Assembly: GCA_048941285.1 (NCBI GenBank)
Contig: JBHLNS010000013.1
Coordinates: forward strand, 8,130 to 72,129
Reading direction: 5' to 3'
From: Promethearchaeota archaeon
Lineage (GTDB): Archaea > Asgardarchaeota > Lokiarchaeia > Sigyniarchaeales > SOKP01
Length of the DNA: 64,000 bases
Part shown: piece by piece, positions 50,242 through 60,402 of the stretch
Layout: every line of letters begins with the position of its first letter
Position numbering within the stretch: position 1 is the stretch's first letter
Position numbers and translations under genes: made by a program
Notes under the pieces: generated by a model
The model's database searches: none
The model's input: only the letters and a program-made list of their open reading frames with translations
Told to the model about the DNA's origin: nothing

Positions 50242-50754
50242 ATGAGTAAAATTATGGATATTGTAGATAGAATCTCAAAAATTTTAAGAGATTTTTCAGA
50301 TAAGAACATTAAAATTGCAGTTGCTGAATCTTGTACAGGAGGATTTGTTTCGCACATGCTTACTAATGTCTCTGGAGCATCAAAAGTATTTGAAAGAGGA
50401 ATTGTTTGTTATAGTAATCAAGCTAAAATAGATTTAATAAAAGTGGATCCACAAATTATTGAGAAATATGGGGCAGTATCAGAACGTGTTGTCAAACAAT
50501 TAGCTTATAATGTAAGAATATTATCTAATGTTGAAATTGGAATTGGAATTAGTGGTATAGCTGGACCGACTGGAGGGAGTCTAGAAAAACCAGTTGGTTT
50601 GGTTTTTATTGGATTTTCAACAATAGAAGACACCACTGTTGAGAAGTATCAATTTACAGCAGATCGAGGAACCTTTAAAAAACTTGTTTTTGAAAAGGTT
50701 CTACTTTTGCTTGAAAAATTCTTAGGTAGTAAGTATCAAGATAAAGCTGAATAA
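50242..50754 (+). CDS. CinA C-terminal / PncC nicotinamide-nucleotide amidohydrolase
   Basis: AESCTGG, GAS, YSN..K, GAVS, SGIAGP.GG..KPVG. Confidence 0.92.
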   Translation: MSKIMDIVDRISKILRDFSDKNIKIAVAESCTGGFVSHMLTNVSGASKVFERGIVCYSNQAKIDLIKVDPQIIEKYGAVSERVVKQLAYNVRILSNVEIGIGISGIAGPTGGSLEKPVGLVFIGFSTIEDTTVEKYQFTADRGTFKKLVFEKVLLLLEKFLGSKYQDKAE

Positions 50755-50856
50755 AAATATAATGTATTTATATCATAGTTCAAACAAATTATTAACATAA
50801 TTTATTTAGATTTTAAAAAAGACAAAAATGAAATCATAATAACTTCGGTGGATTAA

Positions 50857-51729
50857 ATGCCATTTTGCGATTTATGTAATGAAGAAACTGGTATTTTACC
50901 ATTTAAATGTAATTATTGTGGGGGAACATTCTGTAAAAAACATAGATTGCCTGAAAATCATGGGTGTAATTATGATATCGAACACAAGATGAAAGCTATA
51001 GAAGAAAAACAACATAGGACTCTTTTTGAAAGAAGACAAAGGCAAAAAAGATTGATATATTCGGGAAAAACTAAGGGATTATATTTTCTTTATTTGCTTA
51101 TTTCAATATTCTCATTATTTGCTTTTTTCTTCCCACAATATTTATGTATTTCAAGTCTTACATTTAATTTTTATTCTAAACCATATATTTGGACGTTGTT
51201 TAGTTCCATATTTGTTCTTAATTTTTTCAATCCCATTGAATTCACATATTTCATTATTTTATTGTTTTTTTCCTATCACTTTATTAAGATGCTTGAATCT
51301 TCACACGGTTCACGATTTCTAATATCTTTATTCCTAATATTCTCTATTTTATCAGGATTATTTAATTTTATTCTAAGCTTTGCTTCTAAATTACCTATTT
51401 CATATTACTATCATTATATTGGATTGGCTTCAGGAGGCATATTAGGATTAATAACTTTCACAATATCATCAAACCCTAAACAAGAATGGATTTTTTTGAA
51501 ATATGGAATTAAATCAACTTATGTATTAGGAATCCTAGTGCTTGTCAGTATTATTACTAAAATTTTTTCATCGATTATTGAAAATTTTTATTGGTTAAGT
51601 GGAGCGGATTTTTATACTATTTCATTTTTTGTTTTAAGTAACTTTGCATGGTATCTTCTAGACGTGTTTGGAATCCTAGTTTCTTTAATCTATTATTATG
51701 GCTATTATATTAGAAGAAAAGTGTATTAA
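50857..51729 (+). CDS. AN1 zinc finger fused to a rhomboid-like membrane domain
   Basis: CxxC..PFKCNYCGGTFC..HRLPENH.C; W.L.SS.F, E...GS..F, GLASGG; 6-7 TM. Confidence 0.78.
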   Translation: MPFCDLCNEETGILPFKCNYCGGTFCKKHRLPENHGCNYDIEHKMKAIEEKQHRTLFERRQRQKRLIYSGKTKGLYFLYLLISIFSLFAFFFPQYLCISSLTFNFYSKPYIWTLFSSIFVLNFFNPIEFTYFIILLFFSYHFIKMLESSHGSRFLISLFLIFSILSGLFNFILSFASKLPISYYYHYIGLASGGILGLITFTISSNPKQEWIFLKYGIKSTYVLGILVLVSIITKIFSSIIENFYWLSGADFYTISFFVLSNFAWYLLDVFGILVSLIYYYGYYIRRKVY

Positions 51730-52916
51730 TAATTTTCAATTAATTTTCCATTTTCCATTATCTCTCTTTTAGTGCCATCCAAATATTCTACTGTTATATT
51801 AGCCTTTGGTTCAGTCACAAAATCCCAATGCATTTGAGATGCTGATGTTCCTCCAAAAGATTTGTTAAATCCAAAAGCAACGTGAACACTTCCATTAATT
51901 TTTTCATCTGTCAAGATGTATCCAATTGCTTTACTTATCACAGGGTTACAACCAATACCAAGTTCACCAACATTGTAAGTTCTCAGTTCTGGGACTTTAT
52001 TTTTTTTATCTATTTCTTCACTTTGTTTAAATGCGTCTATTAATAGGTCTAAATCATTATCCGCTGACGCTTTTTCCATTAACAATTTGCCATCCTTAAA
52101 ACTTAGTTTTACATTTCTCAAAATTTTATTAGAATATCTCTCAATCGTTAATGGACAAAAAATTGTACCTTCTCCTTGTTTTTCATTAGGAGGGAAAAAG
52201 ACTTCTCCAGCTGGCAAATTACCCCCTAAATCACCTAACGCAATTTGTTCATCAGAAAGTAATCCATCATCAAGAATTTTAACACGATTTTCTATTGAAA
52301 CCCAAAAATCGGTACCAAGGTCGTCAGTAATGTAAACTTTTTTTGCACTGTCAAAATATTTTCCTAAATTACTTGTAATATTTGTTAACTCGTCAGATGG
52401 AATGCTCATACCATCAACTATAAATTTTTCAAATAAATCATAATCAATATTATAGAAATCAGCAGCTTTCTTTGATGGCCAAGCAGCATAACACCATTTC
52501 TTTCCAGGTGCATATTCTTCCTTGAAACCATATAATATTTCTCGTATTGGAGCGACTGATTTCTGATAAGCTTTAAGTTTTTCTTCTGGAGCATTATTAC
52601 GAATTAAAGGATCTTCTGGATATTCAATTACAATATAAGCATCAATATTTTTAATCATTTCTATATAATGTTTTGGTGGTATTTCCAATGTTTTCACAGA
52701 TATTTGATCATCTTGCCACATAGTTTCCTCAAAATAATTACTTGTTGAAGTAATATGTGGAACTCCTCCCTTCCTAAGAACACATAAGCCTATCTCCTCT
52801 AAGAGTTCTTGGCAATATATAGCTCCTTTTATTAAAATGAATTCACCTTCTTTTTTAATGTTAACACTTTTGGTAATATTCTCAGCACATAATCTGAATT
52901 TTTCTTTTGTAATCAT
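51726..52916 (-). CDS. M29 aminopeptidase (AmpS/AmpT family)
   Basis: NLPAGEVF, GELGIG, DEK..GSVH.A.G, HWD. Confidence 0.9.
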   Translation of the reverse strand: MITKEKFRLCAENITKSVNIKKEGEFILIKGAIYCQELLEEIGLCVLRKGGVPHITSTSNYFEETMWQDDQISVKTLEIPPKHYIEMIKNIDAYIVIEYPEDPLIRNNAPEEKLKAYQKSVAPIREILYGFKEEYAPGKKWCYAAWPSKKAADFYNIDYDLFEKFIVDGMSIPSDELTNITSNLGKYFDSAKKVYITDDLGTDFWVSIENRVKILDDGLLSDEQIALGDLGGNLPAGEVFFPPNEKQGEGTIFCPLTIERYSNKILRNVKLSFKDGKLLMEKASADNDLDLLIDAFKQSEEIDKKNKVPELRTYNVGELGIGCNPVISKAIGYILTDEKINGSVHVAFGFNKSFGGTSASQMHWDFVTEPKANITVEYLDGTKREIMENGKLIENY

Positions 52917-53089
52917 AACTTCATGAAATGTTCGATAAATAATATTTCTTATTAATAAAAAATTTCAAATATATAGTAAGGGAATCAAAGAATTTATTAT
53001 TATAAGTTGGTATAATTAAATTATTAAACTGATTATTTAAAAGGAAGAAAATATTACAAAATTACATTAATCATTACTAATTCTTTAAA

Positions 53090-53551
53090 ATGGTCGTAAG
53101 AGAAGCTGGTTTATTATTTAGAGGTTTTACATTAGTAAAAAAAAGTTATCATAAAACTTCACTGGGTAAAATTGATACAGACTTAAGGAGTGGGCTGTTA
53201 ACCGCAATCTTAAATTTTGCGCAATCTACTTTTTCAAAAGATATTGTAGAATATTTTGAAGGAAAAAAATTTCTTATAACATTCACCGAAGATCAAATAT
53301 TAAGTGAAGATGGTTTTGAGCCCGAACTTCTAGTTTCTTATGCTATTTTAGATAAAGAAAAGAAAATTGAAAGATATATTCATAAAATTATTCAACCCCT
53401 ACTACAACAAGTTGTAAAAGAGTTTAAAGCTAACAATATGGGTAAAAACTTATCTGAAGTATCGCAATTTAAAGAATTTAAAAAATCTATTGATAAAATA
53501 TTTGGAACTGATACACAGACTATTGATCAAAAACTAAGAGGAATACTATAA
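53090..53551 (+). CDS. Longin-like domain protein
   Basis: DTDLRSGLLTAILNFA..L..VVKEF..F..F..ID.IF pattern. Confidence 0.6.
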   Translation: MVVREAGLLFRGFTLVKKSYHKTSLGKIDTDLRSGLLTAILNFAQSTFSKDIVEYFEGKKFLITFTEDQILSEDGFEPELLVSYAILDKEKKIERYIHKIIQPLLQQVVKEFKANNMGKNLSEVSQFKEFKKSIDKIFGTDTQTIDQKLRGIL

Positions 53552-53560
53552 GGATTTATT

Positions 53561-54514
53561 CTATTTGTGTGTTTTTTTTAAAAACCATAATATTATGGGG
53601 AGTGCTATAGTTGCATCAGAAATAATGGTAGAATACTTTGCTTTCTCATTTATTTTTCCCCATGAGATTGCTTCTCTTAAAGAAGCACCACTTAATCCTC
53701 CAGGTTCAGGACGATCCATAGTAATCTGGATCGCGTAAGTTGCAGAATTAGGGCAAAATTGTAATGATTGCATTATAAAATTTTTTGGAACACCTCCTCC
53801 AACAATACAAATCCCAGCTACTTTAGCATCCCAAGCAATATTAACCATTTCTAACATATCCTTGAAATGATTTAAATTAAGTTTCTGGTTATGAAAACCT
53901 AATTGCATAGCTAAACCGGAATCGGTAAAAGCAGGACAAAAAATTGGAATTTCTTTATCATAGCAAGCTCTGAGGACAGAATAAGAATTTTTTGGGAGTT
54001 GTTTTCCAACAAAATTCAAAAACGAACTAACTGACATTTGAGTATCTGGAATTTCTAAATTTGATATGAAATCTTCAATTCCTTCATAAACTTTATTAGG
54101 CATAAATACGTCATATATCCTGTTAATCTCTTCTTGATGCAAATATTCGTCATCAAAATCACCAGAGTGAAAATCTCCTTGTAAATGATGGTATCCTAAC
54201 GCTTCTGCTAAATCATGAGTTAAATTCGCTCCTGTTGTTACTAAAACATCTAAATATCCTTCAATTATAAAATCATGGATAACCTTCTGTAATCCTACAG
54301 GAATAATTGCACCTGCTAATCCAAAAAATTTAACACAATTAGGTGTATTGATCATTTCCTTATAAATTTCACAGGCTAAGGCTAATCTTTTTGCATTAAA
54401 TCCAGTATCTTTTAATGAATTTATCAGTTCTTCAATATCAGTATCCTTAGTTATTTCAAATTGATTTATTTTTTTTAAATTCTCTTTAAAATCTCTATTC
54501 GTCATCGAAATCAT
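53561..54514 (-). CDS. dys: Deoxyhypusine synthase
   Basis: TTGANLTHD, NRIYD, PAFTDS, GGGVPKN, GGLSGA..EAISWGK, DATI. Confidence 0.93.
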   Translation of the reverse strand: MISMTNRDFKENLKKINQFEITKDTDIEELINSLKDTGFNAKRLALACEIYKEMINTPNCVKFFGLAGAIIPVGLQKVIHDFIIEGYLDVLVTTGANLTHDLAEALGYHHLQGDFHSGDFDDEYLHQEEINRIYDVFMPNKVYEGIEDFISNLEIPDTQMSVSSFLNFVGKQLPKNSYSVLRACYDKEIPIFCPAFTDSGLAMQLGFHNQKLNLNHFKDMLEMVNIAWDAKVAGICIVGGGVPKNFIMQSLQFCPNSATYAIQITMDRPEPGGLSGASLREAISWGKINEKAKYSTIISDATIALPIILWFLKKTHK

Positions 54515-55416
54515 AAATTATTTTTATTAGCTATAAATGAAATAAATTCGACAATTAATTTAGCTGCCAGATTACATGTCATTTTGTTATCTAAATCTAA
54601 ATTAGGTGCTACTTCAACCAAATCAAATCCAATTATTTTAAAATGTTTAGATATCTCTTGTAAGACTTTCCACAATTCTCTATAAGTAAATCCTCCCGGC
54701 ATAGCAAAACCGGTACCAGGTGCGATAGAAGGGTCTAGTGTATCAATATCTATGGAGACATATAAGGATTTAATTCCTGCTTTTTTAAAAAAACTAATTA
54801 TCTTTTCTATATAATTATCAAGACCATCTAATAAATGATAACCACTTAAATATTTGATGTTTTCCGATTCTGCGAGTTCTAACTCAGGGATGTCAATATC
54901 TCTAACTCCTACAATTAAAAGATTCTTATTATTCATATAATCTAAATCATAAACCCTATGTGATATAGTTGCATGCGAGTACACACCTTTATCCCATTCC
55001 TCGTAAAAATCCAAATGTGCATCAAATAAAAGCACTCCAAACTCATCTTTCTTATTAAATAAATCTCCAACACTCTTTATCACGGGGTAAGAACAGAAAT
55101 GATCTCCACCAATCATTACGGGGATTATTTTTTCATTTTTTTTATATAAATCTTTTATGAATTTCATAATAGCGTTGAGGTTTTTTTCTATATTTAATTT
55201 TTCAATAGGAACATCCCCTGCATCTACAATATTAAATTTATTAATAGGCCATCCTAATTCAGATGTCCATCCAATATCATTTGTTACATCTCTAATTCTT
55301 TGAGGGGCAATAGAAGAGTTAGGTAAATCAATTGAAGTCAAATAATCCCAAGGTATCCCAAAAATTACAAATTGAGTATCTTGATTAATAATTTCGCTGG
55401 AATCAAAAAAATTCAT
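54511..55416 (-). CDS. speB: Agmatinase (ureohydrolase family)
   Basis: GGDH, DAHLD, SHAT, DIDTLDP..APGTG, VEVAP. Confidence 0.85.
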   Translation of the reverse strand: MNFFDSSEIINQDTQFVIFGIPWDYLTSIDLPNSSIAPQRIRDVTNDIGWTSELGWPINKFNIVDAGDVPIEKLNIEKNLNAIMKFIKDLYKKNEKIIPVMIGGDHFCSYPVIKSVGDLFNKKDEFGVLLFDAHLDFYEEWDKGVYSHATISHRVYDLDYMNNKNLLIVGVRDIDIPELELAESENIKYLSGYHLLDGLDNYIEKIISFFKKAGIKSLYVSIDIDTLDPSIAPGTGFAMPGGFTYRELWKVLQEISKHFKIIGFDLVEVAPNLDLDNKMTCNLAAKLIVEFISFIANKNNL

Positions 55417-55446
55417 TTAAATTCATCTCTTTTCAAATTCTTTTTC

Positions 55447-57168
55447 TTACATTTTATCAAGGGTTTCAATTCCTAAAATATCTAATCCAATTTTAATAAT
55501 AATTTGCACACATTTTATTAGTAATAATCTGGCTTTTTCTAATTCTTTTTCATCAGATATAACTTGACAAGAAGAATAAAAAGAATTAAAGCTCTGACAT
55601 AAGTTTAATAAATATTGAGCAATTAAGTGAATATTATAAGTTTCCTCAGCTGAATCTAGGATTTCAGGGAAATAGATCATTTGTTTGATTAAATCGGATT
55701 CGTTTTTATGAATCAATAAGTTCCAATTAATATTGGTACTCACTTTTAATTTAGATTTTGAAAGGATTGATTCGATCCTGGCGTAGCAATATTGAATATA
55801 AGGACCAGTTTCTCCCTCAAATGAAATACTCTCATCTGGTCTAAAGATAAAGCCTTTAGTAGCGCTGTATTTTAATATAAAAAATTTAATTGCTGCTAAT
55901 CCAATAATTTCCGCCCTCCTTGATTTTTCAGATTTAGAAATGTCAGGGTATCTTTTATTAACTTCAATTAATGCAAGGTTTTCTACTTCTTCGATAACAT
56001 CATCTCCATCGACAACTGTTCCCTCTCGACTTTTCATTTTACCACTAGGTAAATCAATCATGCCATAAGATAAATGGTAATTATCTTCTTTAAAACCTAA
56101 GAGATCTAATATAGCAAATAACCATTTAAAATGTTGATTTTGCTCGTCGGCAACAACATAAATAGATCTATCATAATTAAAATCTTCCTTTTTCTTATAT
56201 GCGAGGTATATATCTTGAGTAATATAAATAGATGTACCATCACTGCGAATTAGAAATTTATCAGGTAGATTATATTTATCATATAATCTAGCAAAGATAG
56301 CTCCATCTTCAGCTTCTTCAAATATACCTTTTCTCAATCCATCTAGAATAATATCCTTTCCTTTTAAATATAGATCTGATTCAAAGTATTCTTTATCAAA
56401 TGAGATACCAAGTTTTTGGAAAGTGATCTTAAAACCTTCCAAAGCCCAGTTATTCATTTTTTTCCATAATTCTAACGTATCTTTATCACCCTCTTCCCAT
56501 AATCTTAATAAAGTATAAGCTTCTTCTTCAAGATCTTCATTCTTTTCTGCCATTTCACTATATTTTACATAAAAGTCTCCCACATAATGATCACCTTTCT
56601 TATCTGGTTCCTGATCATTCCCCCATTTTTTATATGCAAGCATGCTTTTACAAATGTGAATCCCACGATTATTATATAAATTTACCTGAAATACTTTATA
56701 TCCCTTATATTCAAGCAGATTGGAGAGTGATTTACCAAGTAAAATATTTCTAATATGGCCAAAATGGAGAGGTTTATTAGTATTTGGTGAAGGATATTCA
56801 ATAACAATTCTTTTCTTCTCTTTTTCTCCCTTATTTACAATATCTCGAATCCTTCCATAATCTTCCTTCAATTCAAAAATATTTTCTAGAATATATTTTG
56901 ATTTGACCTTCAAATTTAAATAAGACCCAATCGCCTTAACATTATCTAAAACTTCAGTTTTCTTAAGCTTACTTTCTAAATCTATTGCTACTAAATTGGG
57001 TGTTTTCTTTTCAATTTTTGCCAGTCTAAAGCAAGGAAAAGCATAAGTAAAATCGATATCTGAAGGAGGTATCTCTAATAGGGTCTCAATTTCCTCTATA
57101 TTGAGGCCCTTAACCTTTTCACCTAAAATCTCGGCAACAGCTTTCTTGTCAATGATTTTCATTTTCAA
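55447..57168 (-). CDS. argS: Arginyl-tRNA synthetase
   Basis: EYPSPNTNKPLHFGHIRN, RSDGT, GKMKSREG, GETGPYIQY..AR, terminal KM. Confidence 0.96.
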   Translation of the reverse strand: MKMKIIDKKAVAEILGEKVKGLNIEEIETLLEIPPSDIDFTYAFPCFRLAKIEKKTPNLVAIDLESKLKKTEVLDNVKAIGSYLNLKVKSKYILENIFELKEDYGRIRDIVNKGEKEKKRIVIEYPSPNTNKPLHFGHIRNILLGKSLSNLLEYKGYKVFQVNLYNNRGIHICKSMLAYKKWGNDQEPDKKGDHYVGDFYVKYSEMAEKNEDLEEEAYTLLRLWEEGDKDTLELWKKMNNWALEGFKITFQKLGISFDKEYFESDLYLKGKDIILDGLRKGIFEEAEDGAIFARLYDKYNLPDKFLIRSDGTSIYITQDIYLAYKKKEDFNYDRSIYVVADEQNQHFKWLFAILDLLGFKEDNYHLSYGMIDLPSGKMKSREGTVVDGDDVIEEVENLALIEVNKRYPDISKSEKSRRAEIIGLAAIKFFILKYSATKGFIFRPDESISFEGETGPYIQYCYARIESILSKSKLKVSTNINWNLLIHKNESDLIKQMIYFPEILDSAEETYNIHLIAQYLLNLCQSFNSFYSSCQVISDEKELEKARLLLIKCVQIIIKIGLDILGIETLDKM

Positions 57169-57441
57169 AATTTAGATAAGTTCAATATATTTTGTTTTTA
57201 TAAAGATTATAACTTATCTCTTTTTGGTTAAATATATCTAAAATAGCTCATAAAATTTATGATAGAAGATCTAACATTTTACTAAGCTAGAAATATTGGA
57301 TTTAATAGTAGAATGTATTTAATGGTTAAAATAAGATTAAATAAAAATAATTTTATATTAAAATCATAAAAATGTTAAAATTTTTTCGTAACTCATTTAA
57401 TTTAATTTCTCAAAAACTCCGCGTGAAATAATTGTAAAAAA

Positions 57442-57789
57442 ATGTCAGAAAAAAACGATAATTTTATTCTAAAATGGAATGATAATAAAGGCCAATTTGT
57501 CCCAATCGAATCTGACGCAGATATGAATGAAGGAATTTTCGTAGAACTTGTTGAAGAGGAAAATAATTGGAAATACTTTTATATAAAAGGGGCTTCTTTG
57601 ATTTCGAGACGCACTGCTTTAAGAGCAGCTAATGGAATATCAAAAACGGGATATGTCCACCCAAAAACAAATATTCGCTATGGAATAGATTGTAAACTTC
57701 AAGAAGAAATATCTCCTTATGAAGATATGCCAGATAATCTTAGAAAATCTCAGCGCTCTTGGTATAAAGGCGAATATAAGCAATTTTAA
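57442..57789 (+). CDS. Hypothetical protein, possible single gelsolin-like domain
   Basis: Beta-strands, then GASLISRRTALRAANGI long helix. Confidence 0.45.
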   Translation: MSEKNDNFILKWNDNKGQFVPIESDADMNEGIFVELVEEENNWKYFYIKGASLISRRTALRAANGISKTGYVHPKTNIRYGIDCKLQEEISPYEDMPDNLRKSQRSWYKGEYKQF

Positions 57790-57829
57790 TTTATATTTTT
57801 TTTCTTAACTTCTAAAATTTCGCTATAAA

Positions 57830-58948
57830 TTAAATTTTACTCCAAAATTCCTTAGGTGTATAATACTTACTGATTTTTGAAAATGGGCATGCAGCAATAC
57901 AATTTCCACAATCACTGCTGTTTTCTACCCAATATTCGAAGCATTTTTCTACATTAATATAATATTTCTTAACTCCAGGATTGTTAGAAATTGTAGCTGG
58001 TTTAAAAGTAGGGTGCCTTTCTTTAGGAATTGCATCATTTTCACAAGCTTCAGCGCATTTAGAACACTTTTCACAAAAATTATTTATCTTTTTTATGAAT
58101 ATTTCGTTTGGTTTATCAGAAATTAGAGGTAAATCTGTAAATACTTTACATAAACGCACTCTTGGTCCAACTTCGGGAGTAAGCAATAAACCATTCCTAC
58201 CTAAAGCACCAAGACCAGCATCGATTGCCAATGGTATACTTAAAGCGGTATCATTACCACATTGTATGGCTCTATATCCCAAATTTCTAATAAATTCACC
58301 TACGCATGAAATAATAAATGCCATTTTTGAATATGCAACTGCTGCAGCTGCGGCTGCTGGTTGAGTAGGTGCTGTCGAAATTGCATCTGGATCCATTTCC
58401 ACACCCATGACAATTACTTTATTAATCCCATCCGGCAAATTTATAATTTGGTCATAAATTGTATTTACAACTTTTCCTCCACGTAAACCTTGTTTCGCTT
58501 CAGCTTCACTAGTTTGATTTGGTCTCATAAAACCTGTTTTGTAGATCCATTTTTCATTAACATCTGCAATACCTACTAATGATGCTCCATAAAATTTAGC
58601 TACTTTCTTTATATTATTCGTGAAACTCTTCAAATTTTCAATTATAATTTTTGATTTCATCCAATCTGTACCATAGCCAATATCCAGCTGATCTTTCCTT
58701 TCCCATGTGAATGCATGAGGAAATTGTTCATATACTGTCCAACCGGCAGCAACCAACGCAAAATCCATCCTTGAATATCCCTCTTTCTTAGATTCAATAT
58801 GTTTCTCGATATTTGTATCAAACATTTGATGATATGTTGATAAAGATTTATCCCACAGTCTTCTGAACAACATGTTATTTTTCTGTTTAAAACGTTTGTA
58901 TACATTATCATCAATTTCATAAGGATAATTTTCTTTTTCTTTGACCAT
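57830..58948 (-). CDS. Reductive dehalogenase-like cobamide/2x[4Fe-4S] protein
   Basis: GASLVGI, LGYRA, SIPLAIDAGLG..GRNG, GPRVR, TDLPL, CxxCxxCxxxC and C-x10-CxxCxxxCP. Confidence 0.85.
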   Translation of the reverse strand: MVKEKENYPYEIDDNVYKRFKQKNNMLFRRLWDKSLSTYHQMFDTNIEKHIESKKEGYSRMDFALVAAGWTVYEQFPHAFTWERKDQLDIGYGTDWMKSKIIIENLKSFTNNIKKVAKFYGASLVGIADVNEKWIYKTGFMRPNQTSEAEAKQGLRGGKVVNTIYDQIINLPDGINKVIVMGVEMDPDAISTAPTQPAAAAAAVAYSKMAFIISCVGEFIRNLGYRAIQCGNDTALSIPLAIDAGLGALGRNGLLLTPEVGPRVRLCKVFTDLPLISDKPNEIFIKKINNFCEKCSKCAEACENDAIPKERHPTFKPATISNNPGVKKYYINVEKCFEYWVENSSDCGNCIAACPFSKISKYYTPKEFWSKI

Positions 58949-59102
58949 ATTCTAATTTCACTTTAATACTTGATATAGAATTAACCATAAAATATGATTT
59001 AAAGTAAAAAATAGGTAAAAAAGTTTAAGTTCTACTATTAAATTACCAGTAAAGGAGAAAATACCTTATGAGAGTAAGAGATATTAATAGGATCCTTAAT
59101 TA

Positions 59103-59495
59103 ATGATATCAACTATGAATGAAAAAAAATTTATAACTCAAATAGGTATGGGTGTGGATATGCATGGGCATAATGATGATTGTACTAATGCAGCTATTAA
59201 GGCAGTTAAAAATGCGATTTCAAATAACAGCTTAACGGGGTTAAGTGAGATTTGTGGGCTTAAAGAACCAAAAGATCTATTAAAGATGAAAGTTCACGCA
59301 AAGTTTGGAGTACCATATCCTGAAAAAATAAACAAACTAAAAGTTTTGAAAGCAATACCTTTTGGTCAAAAATCAATAGAGGTAGTAAAAGGTGGATTGA
59401 TTGCTAAAGGTTTTTTGATTAAAGAACTTGGAGATACTTCAGATAATATTATTGTTTGCAATGCCGCAGTAACAGTATCAGTAAAAGTTCCTTGA
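59103..59495 (+). CDS. Lin0512 family protein
   Basis: GMGVDMHG..T.AAIKAV.NAI..N, GVP.P, PFG, GG, AAV.V. Confidence 0.85.
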   Translation: MISTMNEKKFITQIGMGVDMHGHNDDCTNAAIKAVKNAISNNSLTGLSEICGLKEPKDLLKMKVHAKFGVPYPEKINKLKVLKAIPFGQKSIEVVKGGLIAKGFLIKELGDTSDNIIVCNAAVTVSVKVP

Positions 59496-59776
59496 AAAAA
59501 GATTATGGGAATTAAACCAATTAAACTTGATTAACCCCACTATTTGCATTGACAAATCTTTAAACTTGAATGACAAAAAATTTTAAACATATATTTCAAT
59601 CTTTTTAATATATAATATCAAAATATTTTAATGATATAGAAAAAGATAATTATTATAGGAATCGTAATAGTGATTAAATTTAAAAAACAAGAACTCTCTT
59701 ATAATAGAATACGCATGTAAATATTAGAAAGTTTAGTTTTTTAAAATTTAGCTTCTTTACCAAAAATCTGAATGGA

Positions 59777-60322
59777 TTGAGGAGAATAAAGGTGTACGAT
59801 GCGACATATAAAATTGTGATCTTTGGAGATGCAGGTTGTGGTAAAACAACATTAACACAAAGATTTTTAACGAACCTTTTTAAATCTGATTCAAAAATGA
59901 CTATAGGAGTAGATTTTGAGGTTAAGAGTCTAGAAGTCAACGGAAAGCGAATAAAGCTCCAAATCTGGGATTTTGGGGGGGAAGAAAGATTTAGATTTTT
60001 ATTACCTACGTATGTTCGAGGCGCAAATGGGGCATTATTTATGTATGATGTTACAAATTATAGTTCACTTGCTCATATAGATGATTGGTTAATGGTAATT
60101 AGAAAAGAATTACGGACAGAAGATGAATTTCCTATTATTGTTGTAGGAGGAAAGGCAGATTTAATTGGTGAACGTGAAGTTTCAGGAGATGAAGGAATAA
60201 ATATTGCAAAATCTAGAGGAGTAGACGGTTTTATAGAATGCAGCTCGAAGACGGGTGAAAATGTTGAGGAAACTTTTGAGGCTTTATCACGTTTAATGCT
60301 TCAAAAGTCTAATTTATGGTAA
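59777..60322 (+). CDS. Rab-like small GTPase with variant G3/G4
   Basis: GDAGCGKT, TIGVDF, KLQIWDFGGEERFR, YVRGA, GKAD, SSK. Confidence 0.93.
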   Translation: MRRIKVYDATYKIVIFGDAGCGKTTLTQRFLTNLFKSDSKMTIGVDFEVKSLEVNGKRIKLQIWDFGGEERFRFLLPTYVRGANGALFMYDVTNYSSLAHIDDWLMVIRKELRTEDEFPIIVVGGKADLIGEREVSGDEGINIAKSRGVDGFIECSSKTGENVEETFEALSRLMLQKSNLW

Positions 60323-60402
60323 AAAATTATTCAATAGGCAGTTCTACAAATATATACATTTTTTTTAAAAAGAAAGTAAAATTTTTCTATACAAATTTTA
60401 AT

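Noticed and set aside
57169-57441. Arg-rich leader upstream of argS (Cys-rich leader for cysS also checked)
   Set aside because: No cognate-codon uORF found; the cysS upstream gap is only 77 bp
59103-59495. Selenocysteine read-through at TGA-terminated genes
   Set aside because: TGA stops fall at the expected family C-termini; no conserved downstream frame or SECIS noticed
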